From: a virus
DNA length: 64,000 nt
Virus record (IMG/VR): IMGVR_UViG_3300044568_002742
Span: 7,068-71,067 of that record
Strand: one strand, 5' to 3'
A program made the position numbers and the translations under genes. Shown here one piece after another: positions 48,299-62,000 of the stretch. Position 1 is the stretch's first letter. Each line of letters starts with the position of its first letter. Below the pieces are notes generated by a model. That model had not been told where the DNA came from, did no database searches, and worked only from the letters and a program-made list of their open reading frames with translations.

Positions 48299-50502
48299 TA
48301 TAATAATCCTGCGTTTCTTTTAATTTGTGCCATGACACCCTCTGCCAATGGTTGTTCTTTCATAACTTTTATGTTGTTTAATAGGCTACTTTCACGAGTA
48401 TCGATATGTTCTTCATTGGGTTTTTTAACACCCGCCAATCTCAACACATCATTTTGTTGTTGATCATTTTCTTCTGAACTCGGGTCCATTTTACTAATCA
48501 TCATTAATACTCGTTTAACATCATCATCGGTTGCGGATGGACATTCACCATCTTCCACTGCTTTTGCTATTTTAATTTTAGCGCGAGTTCCCCCGATAGT
48601 AAAGTTACGTTCTTCTTTATTCCAAAATCCAACAATAGTTTTTAATAATTGATCTACACCAGATTCTTGTGGTTCGATACTTTCTTCCTCATAACCACAT
48701 TCCATTGGTGTCATACCACATTCTTTAATTACGTCGCGAATAGTCATGCCTTCAGCGAATGGTGTATCCAATGTCGCACCAGCAGTTTTTGCTTTAGCCA
48801 ATTTAGCTTTCATTTTCATTGATTTGCTAACACTTTCTGCCATTGGCACAGGTGGTTGACCAGGAACTGGTGGCGCTGTTTCAGGGGGCATTGCTTCAGG
48901 GGGCATTGCTTCTGGTGGTAATTCTGGAGCAGGAGCAGGTGGTATTGCTTCTGGCGCCGATGGCACATCAGTTCCACCTATTTCCGCAGGATCTTCAGTT
49001 GTCAATGCTGGTAACAATCCTAATAATTCTGGATTTTTATCCAATATATAATCTTTAATTTCTTGACGAATTTCCTCGTCAGTACTCAATGCTTCAATCT
49101 TATTAGTTAATTCTGGGTCATTTATAATGCCATGTAGTGCTAGCATACCAGGAGTACCACCTGCCAACTCAGAAGATAATAATATATTAAGTTCTTCAAT
49201 TGCTTTATTTTGAGCAGCTGGATATGAACTAAATATGCCATCGTTATCTTCAGCTACTATGCTTTCAATAAATGATTCAAATGCCATTTCAGGATTAAAT
49301 GATTCATCCTTCTTGCCAAATTTTTCCTTCCATGCTTTAGAACGTTCTTCTTCTTCAGCAGAAGCTTTCGCATGGCGTTCTTCTTTTTCCTTTTTACCTT
49401 TTTCCCAATAATCGCTATCGCCAAAACCTTGTTTTTTCAATCTTTTAGACAACGCTTCTTTACCAAATGCTTCGTCAAGCAAATCATCAGCATCTATTTC
49501 ACGAATTGGTAATTCACTTTCATCTACGATATTGTACAAATATGGAAATACCCCTTTCAATTCTTCATTAAACGTGCGAACTGTCAACCGATCAACCCAA
49601 TCATTCATTATTTCTTCTGGGATAATTCTTTCTTCTGCTTCATTAAATGATTCAGCAAATGCTTCATAAAACGAGCCACGTTGTAAATTATGCACTTCTT
49701 TCTTAACTGCTTCGATACGTTCTAAAACCTTATTAGTTACCGAACCCATTGCTTCAGAAACTTGTTCTTGTCTGGTAACATAACCTTTGAATTTACGTAA
49801 TTGTGCCAATTCTTCACTCAATCCAGTAATATGCCTACCAATTGAATCATATGGATTGCCGCCATGTTTTATATGTTCGGCTAATGCACGAGCACCATGA
49901 AGATGTTTATATGGATATTTGAATCTTTCGCCATCGGCATTTTCTATATAGATGCCTTTAATATGCTGAGACCTGCCAGCGGCAAAATCTGGGTTAATAG
50001 GTTGAGAATGTTTTACAATCAAACGTGCTTCACCTAAATCTTGATAACTGATACGACTAGTACCAAACATTTTACTTTCCATCACTGGGGTTTCCTTTGG
50101 TAATTCTATTTGAATTTCTTTTGGTTTGGCTTGAAATTCATAATCTCTTTTGTCTAAATTGCTTTTGCCAATATTTTGTACATCAAAGTTTAATAACCGA
50201 GTTTTGGCAAATTTCCTAAATGATCGGATAAATCTAAATGCGTCATGATATTGTGAAGATGTATCATTAGCAAAATCACCGCTAACTTGTATTACTATTC
50301 CATCATCGGCATCTAACGTAATGGCAATAGTGCCAAGTGGATTACCATTCTCCTCATATTCAAATTCAAAAAATCTGGCATTTGGAATATCACTCTTTTT
50401 TGTTAATACTTGTGCGTTTTCATCCCCGATTTTAATATCTGGGAAACGCGTTTGTATTTTACCATATAGGTCTAACGCAACTTTATCTAAATTATTGTCC
50501 AT
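48298..50502 (-). CDS. Large acidic (probably head-associated) protein
   Basis: Long ORF; start at MDNNLD, 4 nt after TAAATA. Confidence 0.7.
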   Translation of the reverse strand: MDNNLDKVALDLYGKIQTRFPDIKIGDENAQVLTKKSDIPNARFFEFEYEENGNPLGTIAITLDADDGIVIQVSGDFANDTSSQYHDAFRFIRSFRKFAKTRLLNFDVQNIGKSNLDKRDYEFQAKPKEIQIELPKETPVMESKMFGTSRISYQDLGEARLIVKHSQPINPDFAAGRSQHIKGIYIENADGERFKYPYKHLHGARALAEHIKHGGNPYDSIGRHITGLSEELAQLRKFKGYVTRQEQVSEAMGSVTNKVLERIEAVKKEVHNLQRGSFYEAFAESFNEAEERIIPEEIMNDWVDRLTVRTFNEELKGVFPYLYNIVDESELPIREIDADDLLDEAFGKEALSKRLKKQGFGDSDYWEKGKKEKEERHAKASAEEEERSKAWKEKFGKKDESFNPEMAFESFIESIVAEDNDGIFSSYPAAQNKAIEELNILLSSELAGGTPGMLALHGIINDPELTNKIEALSTDEEIRQEIKDYILDKNPELLGLLPALTTEDPAEIGGTDVPSAPEAIPPAPAPELPPEAMPPEAMPPETAPPVPGQPPVPMAESVSKSMKMKAKLAKAKTAGATLDTPFAEGMTIRDVIKECGMTPMECGYEEESIEPQESGVDQLLKTIVGFWNKEERNFTIGGTRAKIKIAKAVEDGECPSATDDDVKRVLMMISKMDPSSEENDQQQNDVLRLAGVKKPNEEHIDTRESSLLNNIKVMKEQPLAEGVMAQIKRNAGLL

Positions 50503-50512
50503 AGTATATTTA

Positions 50513-51622
50513 TTAAAAATTAGTTGAAACATAGATGGGCAATGGTGCTTCCCACTCAGTGTTTATTTCGTCTATGCTGAGGGTTTCAAATACAAATGGG
50601 TCCCATTCTGCTAGCACCACGCTCATTCGTATAATTAGTAATAATGCCGAAACTAAGTCGTCATGTTGCCCCGCCTTTGCTTTAAAACTTACCCCTGATG
50701 CGATAAAAGTTTTCAATTCGCTCAATAGCACTCGACTATTAATGACCATTTTATCTTCTTCTATCAAAAATTTCAGTCTAGCACATGATGATATTTTGTT
50801 ACCAAATGTAGTATTGAAACCTTTTCTAAACTTTTTTACATGCCCTTTTCGCAATGGTTCGCTTAAGAATAACCCAGGAAACGTCTCTTCTCCTAGATTT
50901 TCAACAACTACCAGAGCACTTTCTCCAACATTATTATTCTCGATTGACCAGTATATACTATTTGTATTTTCCATGCCTATTTCATCTTGAATATATCGTA
51001 TCACATCTCTAAATATCTTAACTTGTCCCTGTATAGGAGTAAGGTTATGTTGCCATTCTGCCACCTGTGTAAAACTAGGCAATTCAAATACTTGAATACC
51101 ACCATAATCTCCACCAGTTCCCAAACTTGGGTCTAATGCCAACAAATACAAATGACCAGGGGTTGGTTTTTTATACCATCTAACTTGTCCCATTTTTAAT
51201 ATTGGTTCTTTACCCACTAAATCTGACAGTTTAAGACTGCTAACTAATGTTTCATCATAGATTAAAAATTCGCAATTTTTGATTAAAATGTCATTTGCAT
51301 AATATCTATGATTTTTTTCAACATTGAAGAGATCATATACCGGCTCTTCATCTAACAGCCATTTAACAGATACAACATTATCAAGTTTACCATTAACTAA
51401 TATTTTTTGTTTAGGCAACAATAATCTACCTTCGATCGGTTTAAATCCATTAAGAAAATATTTATGATCAGGTGTGCTCATAAGTGAATGATGCTGCGTA
51501 GTTACCTGAAGGATTTTTTTAACACCTTTAACTAAAATCCCATCAAAATTGCTCCAACCGGTATCAGTCAGAACTGTTAATCCTAACTTATTTTTTATTA
51601 ATTCTTCCGCGTGTAAATCCAT
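50513..51622 (-). CDS. terL: Terminase large subunit part 3: C-intein 2 (116 aa) + nuclease domain
   Basis: TPDH, VYD..., YYANDILIKN|CEF; LALDPSLGTGGDY, IENN, HDDLV. Confidence 0.88.
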   Translation of the reverse strand: MDLHAEELIKNKLGLTVLTDTGWSNFDGILVKGVKKILQVTTQHHSLMSTPDHKYFLNGFKPIEGRLLLPKQKILVNGKLDNVVSVKWLLDEEPVYDLFNVEKNHRYYANDILIKNCEFLIYDETLVSSLKLSDLVGKEPILKMGQVRWYKKPTPGHLYLLALDPSLGTGGDYGGIQVFELPSFTQVAEWQHNLTPIQGQVKIFRDVIRYIQDEIGMENTNSIYWSIENNNVGESALVVVENLGEETFPGLFLSEPLRKGHVKKFRKGFNTTFGNKISSCARLKFLIEEDKMVINSRVLLSELKTFIASGVSFKAKAGQHDDLVSALLLIIRMSVVLAEWDPFVFETLSIDEINTEWEAPLPIYVSTNF

Positions 51623-52367
51623 TAAGTTCCGTTCCTTCTTTAAATTGTTTATTAATTACTCCGTTGTTATACCAATTCATACCTCGTTTTGATAATTGTA
51701 ATTTAGGAAGCCTTCCTTTAATGAATCCGTCAGGACAGCTATCTTTATATGTCTCAATAACTCCATTGTTAAACCATTGCTTGCCTTTTGCCGAGCCTGG
51801 TTTTCCTTTTTTAGATTCGCTTATCTTTTTTGCTCGTATTGGACATTTGGTAAACTCATAATATCCTGGATGGCTTCTAACTAATCGTTGTGTTTCCCGT
51901 TCAGTTTCTGACCATTTAGTGCCTAATGTACGACCGCCGATTCCCGGACGAGTCATGCCCTTGTTGTATGGAACGGTTCCTTTTCGTTGGATACTTAGTA
52001 ATTGTTTAGTTTTTTCGGTGTGCTTATATCCAGTACAACCATCACCACCTACTGTTTTATTTGTCAACGGCCCAGTATGATCGATTAATCTCCCGTACTG
52101 TTTAATTAGATCAATTTCAAGAGATTTTGCTGCTGCATCAGTTAAATCAAGTTGATACAGTTCTATAATAGGTGTTAAATTTTGAGCTAATATTCTAGAA
52201 ATTACTGCAAATTTTAAATGATTACAGGTAGTTTCTGCAGTTTCTGATAAATGATCTTTATATCGGCTTCCGTGGCCTTTACCAATATAAAACGGTTGAT
52301 CTGCTAAAATACTCATATAACTTACTGTAATGTTAATTGGTGTTTTATAAATATATACATAATACAT
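51588..52367 (-). CDS. GIY-YIG homing endonuclease with NUMOD3-like repeats
   Basis: YYVYIY...FYIGKG..R...H, E..LI..YG, LTN...GGDG, HTEKTK. Confidence 0.8.
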   Translation of the reverse strand: MYYVYIYKTPINITVSYMSILADQPFYIGKGHGSRYKDHLSETAETTCNHLKFAVISRILAQNLTPIIELYQLDLTDAAAKSLEIDLIKQYGRLIDHTGPLTNKTVGGDGCTGYKHTEKTKQLLSIQRKGTVPYNKGMTRPGIGGRTLGTKWSETERETQRLVRSHPGYYEFTKCPIRAKKISESKKGKPGSAKGKQWFNNGVIETYKDSCPDGFIKGRLPKLQLSKRGMNWYNNGVINKQFKEGTELNGFTRGRINKK

Positions 52368-52393
52368 ATTAGTATTTATCATTTCGTCATATA

Positions 52394-54011
<1,618 letters not shown>

Positions 54012-54038
54012 ATATTTATACAAACGCAAACTCGTCAT

Positions 54039-54665
54039 TTAAATAATCTGTGTAGGATTGTATAATCGTACATATAGATCTTGTAATGTAATATCTTCTT
54101 CAACCAATGTTATTTTATTTCGTATTTTAACAGTAGAATCACCATCAAGACAATATAATAATGAAATAGACATACCTCGACCAGTTGTACCAGTGGTTGT
54201 TTGACTTACTATTCTGGAACCATTGTCAAATTCCAATGAACCTTTATTATAACTTACTACCCCGGCTCGTAAAAAATCAGGACATAATTCATATCCATAT
54301 CTAATACGTTGCATAATTTCTTGCGCACCAGTAAATTTATGAGCGGCTACCAATATAGTTTGGTCGGGATGAAACATAGCAAACCATAATAGATATGCTG
54401 ATGCGCAGGTGGTTTTCCCAGATTGTCGTGGCAACATATTAATATTAAAACGATTATTATGATAACTGCTTAGTAGGCGTTCTTGATATTCAAATGGTTC
54501 AAATAATAATTTACCCTTAACCGCGTGTTGGATATGAAAGAAATATTTTGAGAAGTGTAGATACCCAAAGTCAGGGTCCATACATAGCATCATGTCTTGA
54601 ATTTGTTGTTCAGTCCATTGTTGTTTTATATGTGCTTTTTTTGTTAGTGAATTATCTGCTGCCAT
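54039..54665 (-). CDS. terL: Terminase large subunit part 1: ATPase N-terminus + N-intein 1 (37 aa)
   Basis: YQ, PRQSGKTT, GRGMSISLLY|CLDGDSTV. Confidence 0.88.
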   Translation of the reverse strand: MAADNSLTKKAHIKQQWTEQQIQDMMLCMDPDFGYLHFSKYFFHIQHAVKGKLLFEPFEYQERLLSSYHNNRFNINMLPRQSGKTTCASAYLLWFAMFHPDQTILVAAHKFTGAQEIMQRIRYGYELCPDFLRAGVVSYNKGSLEFDNGSRIVSQTTTGTTGRGMSISLLYCLDGDSTVKIRNKITLVEEDITLQDLYVRLYNPTQII

Positions 54666-54723
54666 AATGTTATTTACATAAAAAATGGGCACGGAGCCCA
54701 TTTTTTAGTTTATGTAATTTATA

Positions 54724-55323
54724 TTATCGACTCTTTACTTCATTATATAAATTGTTTAAATTTCTTATTAATGATTCATCGACTTTTCGTAATGGATTGC
54801 TTCCAGGAGCTCTCGATGATGGACTTGGTCCACCTTTGCTCGCTAGGTCATCTCCAATTGCAGTTACTGCGGCAATGCCATATGTTTTAGGACCAGAAAA
54901 TCCCTTGGCTGAATTTTCAAAATCATCTTCTAATTCTTCTTCACCGCCGAGTATCATATCAGCAGGAACTTCGTGTTGAGGTTCTTGTGGTTCGTACTCT
55001 TCGTATGATTCGGCAGGATTACCAATAACAACAACTTCTTCTGGCTCTTCTGGTTCATCATGTGATATCTGCGGTGCCATCATTGGTCCCGCTGGCTCTT
55101 CTGGTTGTTTATCGATATTTTTTAATATATCCATAAGGTCCCGAATACCATTAGAACCTTGACCAGTAATAGATACATTCATGTTTACGGTATCTTGTTG
55201 GACAGGCTGGTCAGGTGTTCCATCACAGGCACATTCGCTTAATGATTCATCCAATGATTCATCCAACGGTTTTACTGGCTTATCCAAGTTTGCAATTTTT
55301 TTATATAATTCTTCAAAATTCAT
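54724..55323 (-). CDS. Hypothetical acidic protein
   Basis: ORF track; followed by hairpin AAAAATGGGC/GCCCATTTTT. Confidence 0.7.
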   Translation of the reverse strand: MNFEELYKKIANLDKPVKPLDESLDESLSECACDGTPDQPVQQDTVNMNVSITGQGSNGIRDLMDILKNIDKQPEEPAGPMMAPQISHDEPEEPEEVVVIGNPAESYEEYEPQEPQHEVPADMILGGEEELEDDFENSAKGFSGPKTYGIAAVTAIGDDLASKGGPSPSSRAPGSNPLRKVDESLIRNLNNLYNEVKSR

Positions 55324-55324
55324 T

Positions 55325-55948
55325 TTATTTTCCTATTGTAGCGGCGGTTGGTTTTTCAATTTTTTGAGAACCGACTGCGCTAACTGTACCTATTTTTTTA
55401 TCAGCTTTAACCGTGGTAACTTTTTCACTCGGTGCTTTTTTAGCTAAAATTTTATCATTGACACCTTTATATTGCGTGCCTTGATGTTTTTCTTTACCCA
55501 ATTCTTTCAATAGGCTCATGATATGTTTATCACCGACGACGTCTTGATGCGAAGATTTATCATAGTCAGTTCCCAATAGTGGAATGTCACTTTTCTCATC
55601 ATAGGCATGATTAATGGCATCTTCGTCCTGTTCGCTTGATGTACGAATTTTAACACAACTATGTGATAAGTTTAATGCTTCAGCTACCAAGTTTTGAATC
55701 TGTACAGTAGTTGCTGGATAGCACAAATCTGCTTCAAACATCGTTACACTGACATTTTGATGCGAAGGAAAGTCCGCTTGTGTTTCTTGGATGGGTGTAG
55801 TTTTAGCTTCTGAAAAAGTTTCAACCTTATATCTATCCAATACTGATTTGATTTTATCAGCAGCTTCCGCATCTTGATCGCCCACGATTTTAATCTTAAA
55901 ATTATAGGTTTGTTTGCTTTCTATTAAGTGTTCTCTAAATGATTTCAT
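55325..55948 (-). CDS. Hypothetical protein with MKSFREHLIES N-terminus
   Basis: N-terminus resembles T4 capsid-targeting sequences. Confidence 0.7.
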   Translation of the reverse strand: MKSFREHLIESKQTYNFKIKIVGDQDAEAADKIKSVLDRYKVETFSEAKTTPIQETQADFPSHQNVSVTMFEADLCYPATTVQIQNLVAEALNLSHSCVKIRTSSEQDEDAINHAYDEKSDIPLLGTDYDKSSHQDVVGDKHIMSLLKELGKEKHQGTQYKGVNDKILAKKAPSEKVTTVKADKKIGTVSAVGSQKIEKPTAATIGK

Positions 55949-55969
55949 TATGTAATCCCAATACTGTAT

Positions 55970-56449
55970 TTATTTCATATTCTTTAATTTCTCAAGTAAG
56001 GAATTTCGATCTGCTACTACAAATCCCTCCCCTTGAATGTCAATGCTATTATCAGTTGGCGTAGCATCATTGTCTAGTTTTTGTTTTTTAAGTTGAAGTT
56101 CAATCATCTTAAGTTTCTTATCTATTTTGGCAGATTTAGCATCTATGGCATTTTTCAACATACTGGATGCTACCTCAAATACCCTTGCTGAATATCGTGC
56201 TTCTACATTCATGCCCAAATCCATCAAATCATCATATGCCTGAGTAGCCCTGGTAGCCAACTCATCAAATTCCGTATCTGATATGTCTCCCAACCCTTTA
56301 ACATGTGGCAATGCTGCTGAAATTTTATCAAACTCTGATATATTTCTAAAATTTTTAGGAGCTGGTTTTATTTGGTTATGTTTTATTTCTTCCGCATTGG
56401 CAATTACTTTACTTTCCGGTAAGTTTAAAAGTTCTTCAAGTTTCTTCAT
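55970..56449 (-). CDS. Possible terminase small subunit
   Basis: AR.FEVA..M, coiled coil, C-terminal V...LL; upstream of TerL. Confidence 0.5.
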   Translation of the reverse strand: MKKLEELLNLPESKVIANAEEIKHNQIKPAPKNFRNISEFDKISAALPHVKGLGDISDTEFDELATRATQAYDDLMDLGMNVEARYSARVFEVASSMLKNAIDAKSAKIDKKLKMIELQLKKQKLDNDATPTDNSIDIQGEGFVVADRNSLLEKLKNMK

Positions 56450-56457
56450 GCTATTAC

Positions 56458-56895
56458 TTATCTTCCACCTTGATGGAAAAGGTCATTTTCGTTAAGTATT
56501 CTAAATTTAATACCTTGCTGCTTACACCACGCATATGCTGCTGTCCATTTGGCTTGGTTTTTTATAAACTGTGCTTGATTATATTTACTTTTTCCTACCT
56601 TTTCGAAAATTTGTTGACTGGCGGGTTTTATTTCAATTAATTCAACATTTAATTTATTATTTTTATCAAGATATTGAATAAAGAAGTCTGGAACATATAT
56701 GGTATTTCTACCACTCAATGGATCTTTATAGGGTATGTTTACTGCTTCACTTGCCCATTTTTGTATACTTGGACTAGTGTCACAAAAATTCATAAATGAC
56801 AGTTCCCAACTAGATCTATATTGTGGTATTTTAGTACCTATATATTTGCTAGGATTCTTCATGTTAAATTTACCTTTTGCAAATTTATGGCTCAT
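56458..56895 (-). CDS. Head completion nuclease (T4 gp4-like)
   Basis: YRSSWE..FM..CD, W.SE, Y.PDF, IEIKP, N.AKW.AA. Confidence 0.85.
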   Translation of the reverse strand: MSHKFAKGKFNMKNPSKYIGTKIPQYRSSWELSFMNFCDTSPSIQKWASEAVNIPYKDPLSGRNTIYVPDFFIQYLDKNNKLNVELIEIKPASQQIFEKVGKSKYNQAQFIKNQAKWTAAYAWCKQQGIKFRILNENDLFHQGGR

Positions 56896-57260
56896 ACTAA
56901 TATATTACGTGCTTCATAAGTGTCGACAATTGGTGCTATTCTATAACCCAATAAGCTAACTTTTTCACGATACGCGTTAAGTACCTGCGCGACTACTTGG
57001 CTCAATTGTACATCAGTTAATGTCTTCAATGTATCTATTAATTGGAAGACATTTATTTCGTCTATCCTAGCTTGATTTAATAATACGATTGCCGTTGATC
57101 TAGCACTTTCTAAATCAAATGAGCGTTTTAGGAAAAATCCCACTACCGCATCAATCTGGTTACTTGGAAAACTAACTTGATGGACAAAAAACTTGTCGAA
57201 GAATTGTTTAACTTCGGCTGAACTATCTGTGTTGGTTGATGTAGGTAGGTTTATAGACAT
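56892..57260 (-). CDS. Hypothetical protein
   Basis: ORF track. Confidence 0.7.
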   Translation of the reverse strand: MSINLPTSTNTDSSAEVKQFFDKFFVHQVSFPSNQIDAVVGFFLKRSFDLESARSTAIVLLNQARIDEINVFQLIDTLKTLTDVQLSQVVAQVLNAYREKVSLLGYRIAPIVDTYEARNILV

Positions 57261-57266
57261 GATTAA

Positions 57267-58289
57267 TTACCGAAAAGTTCTCAATGTAGCTTGTGTTGTA
57301 TTTGTATTAACAGGAATCGCCACCGGAAATGAAACTCCTTGTAGCCCACCAACGCCTTGTGTCACTTCAAGTAACTTCGTTGATATCCCAGGGGTTCCAG
57401 GATTATTTAATGATTGTGTATTCTGATAGGTGTTAATCTGTGTCGTTATAGTATTGGCAAATGCAGGTGCAAATTGCTTTACATCCATGGCATTAGTAAA
57501 TGACGGACTACTATTGGCGTTGGTTGTATTATTATAAAACGCAGACGGTGCCGCCTCTGTCAATGGTGATGGTGTTTGATCATAATGTTCCGTACCAAAT
57601 CCTTCCACGGTATCCGGTGAAACTATACCAGAGGAATACGATACTGCCTCATAAGCGATGCTCATAGAAAAACTACTATTTTCAGCACTGCTATATGCCA
57701 ATGCCGAACTACCGCCCCAACTTGCTATAATGGGATTTGACAACGTATAACTAACATATTCGTGTCTAGCCATTTGATATATTTTTATATATTTGAAAAA
57801 TGGATTTAAGCTACCATTATCAAAGCCATAATTACCATTGATGTAATCAAAGCTTTTAGTTGCATTTCTAGTATAGGATTTTCCAGAAGCAGCCGATGAG
57901 GAGTCTGCGTAATAATAACTGTAGTAATTTTGCCACAATTGATTAATCAATCCCATATTATCATCATGAAAAACAATATCGATGTTTTCCATTTTATGTT
58001 GATTTTGTACAACTTTTTTTCTGTTGTATTGATTTAGTGTTTCCGTCGTTATCGTAAATTTAGGTAAGGTGGTGCTTTTAACCATCATATTAATTTCATT
58101 TCGATGACGTTGTACTAGGTCGATATTCTTCAACGTGTCTTGATTAATACCAAATGCTACATGAAATAAGAATCCTGATTTTGGAGCAAGTCTAAATTGA
58201 TCATCGACAAATAAGCGTGAAGCATGTTGTTGATTACGAAACCATGTGGTCGAATCGGCGTTTAATTGATTAATTGGAGTAAATGACAT
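57267..58289 (-). CDS. Tail-tube-like/baseplate protein
   Basis: LPK...E.LNQYNRK, I.FHDD, Y.L.NP; next to the tail tube gene. Confidence 0.6.
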   Translation of the reverse strand: MSFTPINQLNADSTTWFRNQQHASRLFVDDQFRLAPKSGFLFHVAFGINQDTLKNIDLVQRHRNEINMMVKSTTLPKFTITTETLNQYNRKKVVQNQHKMENIDIVFHDDNMGLINQLWQNYYSYYYADSSSAASGKSYTRNATKSFDYINGNYGFDNGSLNPFFKYIKIYQMARHEYVSYTLSNPIIASWGGSSALAYSSAENSSFSMSIAYEAVSYSSGIVSPDTVEGFGTEHYDQTPSPLTEAAPSAFYNNTTNANSSPSFTNAMDVKQFAPAFANTITTQINTYQNTQSLNNPGTPGISTKLLEVTQGVGGLQGVSFPVAIPVNTNTTQATLRTFR

Positions 58290-58332
58290 AATATTATTTA
58301 TGAAATAATTATATACATACTTAATGATAAGT

Positions 58333-58354
58333 AAAAAGCCCGTATGGGCTTTTT
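58333..58354. terminator. Intrinsic terminator after the tail tube gene
   Basis: AAAAAGCCC-GTAT-GGGCTTTTT. Confidence 0.7.
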
Positions 58355-58372
58355 ACAAATGTAATATTACTA

Positions 58373-58996
58373 TTAGCTACCAATGGCCATTGTGCCAGTA
58401 GTACGTGCAAAATTACTTGTACCGAATCCAGCAGTTGGCCCAATTTGTACACAATTATCAGGTTGTATTGATAATGATAATTGTATAATTTCTTGTCCGG
58501 CATATTTCAAGGCACTGTAGTCAGTATCCTTAAGGAAACAACCATAACATTCCCATGTTTCAAGAACAGTAGGAGTGTTAGCACCATTACCACCATCTAA
58601 CATTTCAATACGCATAGTAAATTTATAATCACCAGCAGAAGCAGCTGAACTTTGTTCAAAAAAGTCAAATTGTTTCTGATTTTGTTCACCAATCAATTTA
58701 CTAACCGCACCAGTTACATCGTCGCGTAATTTAATAGCAATAGGACTAAAAGTTGGTCTGCCTGTTAAGTTAATAGTTGAGTTATAAACTTCTATTTTGT
58801 TATCAGCAAATGTAACTTTTGGTCTAGCAGCTTCCGCCACTTGTTTAGTTAATTCAGTAGTTGAACCTGATACACCAAAGTTTTCGAACATAATTCGAAA
58901 ACGGTTGGCATACTTAGGCATCAACATACCTTGTGTGCTAGCACTTTGATCTGATGCTAGCGGAACAGTAAATCTTGTTAATGTTGCAATTGACAT
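58373..58996 (-). CDS. Tail tube protein (T4 gp19-like)
   Basis: PK...RFR, ARP, G+PT..PI.I.LRDD, W...GCF; follows the sheath gene. Confidence 0.8.
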   Translation of the reverse strand: MSIATLTRFTVPLASDQSASTQGMLMPKYANRFRIMFENFGVSGSTTELTKQVAEAARPKVTFADNKIEVYNSTINLTGRPTFSPIAIKLRDDVTGAVSKLIGEQNQKQFDFFEQSSAASAGDYKFTMRIEMLDGGNGANTPTVLETWECYGCFLKDTDYSALKYAGQEIIQLSLSIQPDNCVQIGPTAGFGTSNFARTTGTMAIGS

Positions 58997-59005
58997 GTTA
59001 TACTC

Positions 59006-62000
59006 CTATTTTCCTAAGCCTTTAATTTCACCAGTATTTTTCAAACGTAATGGAATATAAATAAATTCCACTGCTTTAACTGGCTCAATCGCGATATCAA
59101 GATATAATTCATTGCGATCAATTCTAGCTGGTGTGTTGTTGCTTGTATCACATACTACAACATAATCATACAATGCGCGTTGACCTACTAATTCTAATAA
59201 TAGATTTTCTGCTGCTTGTTTAATTTCATCACGTGTGATTTTATCATTTGGTTCGAAGATATATGGCTTCGCCAATTGTGATAGTTGTCTACGAAGGTAA
59301 ATTACCAATCTAGCTACGTTAATACGATCTAATGAACTTGCGTTTCTAGCACGAGTTAATTGACCATAATTAACAAGACCACTTCCTGTGATATATGTAA
59401 TTGGATTAACTTTTATACTAGCTAACGTATCACGTTGTCCAGTAGTCAGCGCAACTGATTGAAATTCACCCTCACTGGTGATATATCCAGTAGCACTAGC
59501 ATTTGTGATACCACCACGGCGTGTTCCAGCAGGAGCAAACCAAGGATACGAAACATTATCACTTAATGCAATCGTACGTAATATCATGTGACTAGGTGGA
59601 ACAACTATATTGTTACCAATATTATCACTAGTATATCCCCATGGGTAGAAAACTCCCAAATATTCATCACTTGACACTAAACCGATATCGTTATCTTCAG
59701 TAGCTGACCCAACATTAAAGCCCCAGTTACTCAATGAAGTAGCATCTGGTGTTAATCGTGCTGGCGAATCACCAACCACGAAAGCAGTTAATCCACGGTC
59801 TGTGTTTAAACTAACCAATTCACTAACAAGTTCAGGATATCCCGGACATGCTAATAGATTGTACACACGGCTTTCTTCGTCACGTAGCTGTTGATTACTG
59901 TTAACTAATGCTTGTAAAGATTGAATAACAACTTTACGTTGTGCTTTACGACCAAATGTACCAGAACCATCTTCTTGATTCCCAGCTTCACTAATCCAAC
60001 GATGTGGATAATAATCTGTCATTGGTTCATTGTTGTTATATCTAACATTTCTAGCCAAAGTATCAACATAATCTACAGCAAATCTTTTTACATTAAAGCC
60101 ACTTCTACGTAGATTCCATAATAACATACCTTTTGGGTATAGTGCTGGATCTGGTGCGTCAAAGTCAACGAAATCACTTGATAGCAGGTCAGTTATAGAA
60201 CTAGCAGTTGTAGATTCACCAGAAGTAGACCAACGTGCGTCATGAAATAATATTCCATCTTCGGTTGTTTGATCACTATTGTCAACTAATACCCATTTTG
60301 CTATGAAGCTGTTCCATTTGTAAACTAATGGAAAATTTTCCAAATCAGCAGTACTGATCCATAAATCGCCATCTGCCAATGTAGTAGAGCCATCACTTTG
60401 TTTTTTAGGAGCAGTTGCTGAAATTTGAGGACCCATTTCATCAGTGCCAACTAATTCATTGCGATATCCTGCCCATTTTTCACCATCGTGAATCATGATA
60501 TCTACTTCATCGATAACACTATTGTACCATAGTTGCCCGTCTTCCGCGATAGTTGTAGGGGCATCAGTAGTCGCTATAGCGAATCCACCAGTTTTATCAT
60601 CAGTTAATGCTGTCCACAAACTTGCCACGAATCCGGCGCTGGCTGGATCGGCATAATAATTGACAGTAGTTGATGTTGAGAATAATGCCGCTAATGGTGC
60701 ATTAACTACATCTATCAACTTTATATCACCGCCATTAATGTGACTGATTGTGATTTGATTTGATGAATTTAAAGTAGCAACGATATTCGAGCCAACCAAA
60801 GCTGCCTGAATAGCAGTCAACACCGCTCCAGAATTACCAGCTGCCGTTGGAGTTCCAGATATAGTAAATCCCACAGTTACTGGCGTGGTATAAGCAGAAG
60901 TGCCTATAGTTGTTTCAGATATTTGGAATGAATATGCCTGAGCAGAAAATGTACTAGCAACGATCACACCAGAAGTAATGTTAGTTGCACCAACGCCTCT
61001 GCGACGATACAATTTAAAATTAGCAAGTGCGTCAATTTCTTCTGTATCATTTGATTTAACATAAAGCGTGTTTGCAGCAAGATTGATGCCGCCGCCAGTT
61101 GAATCAACACCAAGTAACGCAGCTGCGCTAGATGGATAAATGGGAGCAGCAACCTCTGACCACGCACCTGTATTTGCATTATAGCGTTTTACAATCCAAT
61201 CAGCGCCTAAATTAGGAGTAGTTGTTTTAATCCATAACGAACCGCTTGGAAGATTGCTAGCACTTAATTTATAAGGCGGCACTTGTGTATGAGGAGCTAT
61301 TGTTGTTCTTGGTGCTTTGTATATTCTAAGATCTATACCGACAGTAGTCGCAGCAGTACCAGAAGCAATATTTACATCAACCCCAGTAGAGTATATTTCC
61401 AATTTGCTATTAATAATAGCAGCAGAAATGCCGGCACTAGCAAGTTTAGTATTAATATCATCAACTAAGTCAACCAGTGTTGCCCCGGCAGTAGATACTG
61501 TATTGATAACTAGTGTTTTACCACCGGTTAAATCTGGAGCACTTACTGTACCCTGTACTACAGGCCAGCTTGCTATCCAGTCTTCAGTACCAACTTCTAC
61601 CCAACCAGCAACTGTATTAGTGAGTGCTTTTTTATACCATAATTTAATAGAAGTAGTTACCGCAACGATAGCATAACTACCGACAGCACCAATACTAGAT
61701 AGTGGTGAATAATCCGCACCAGAAAAGTCAGTGACTTTAGTAGTATCAGTAATTACGGTAGGATATTTTACCATAAATGTTTGACCATTGGTCACTGCTG
61801 CCGAAGAAGCATTCCATTCAAAAACACCAAATTTAGTATTTGCTGTATCGAACCAAAATGTTCCATCTAATGGAGTGCCATTTGGACTTGCTGTTTGAGC
61901 AGTTAATTGTGCTAAATCAATGTCAGCACGAACAACGTATGCTCGGTTACTAACACCCAAATAACTATAGGCTGCTTGAAGTCCATATTCATTTTGTTCA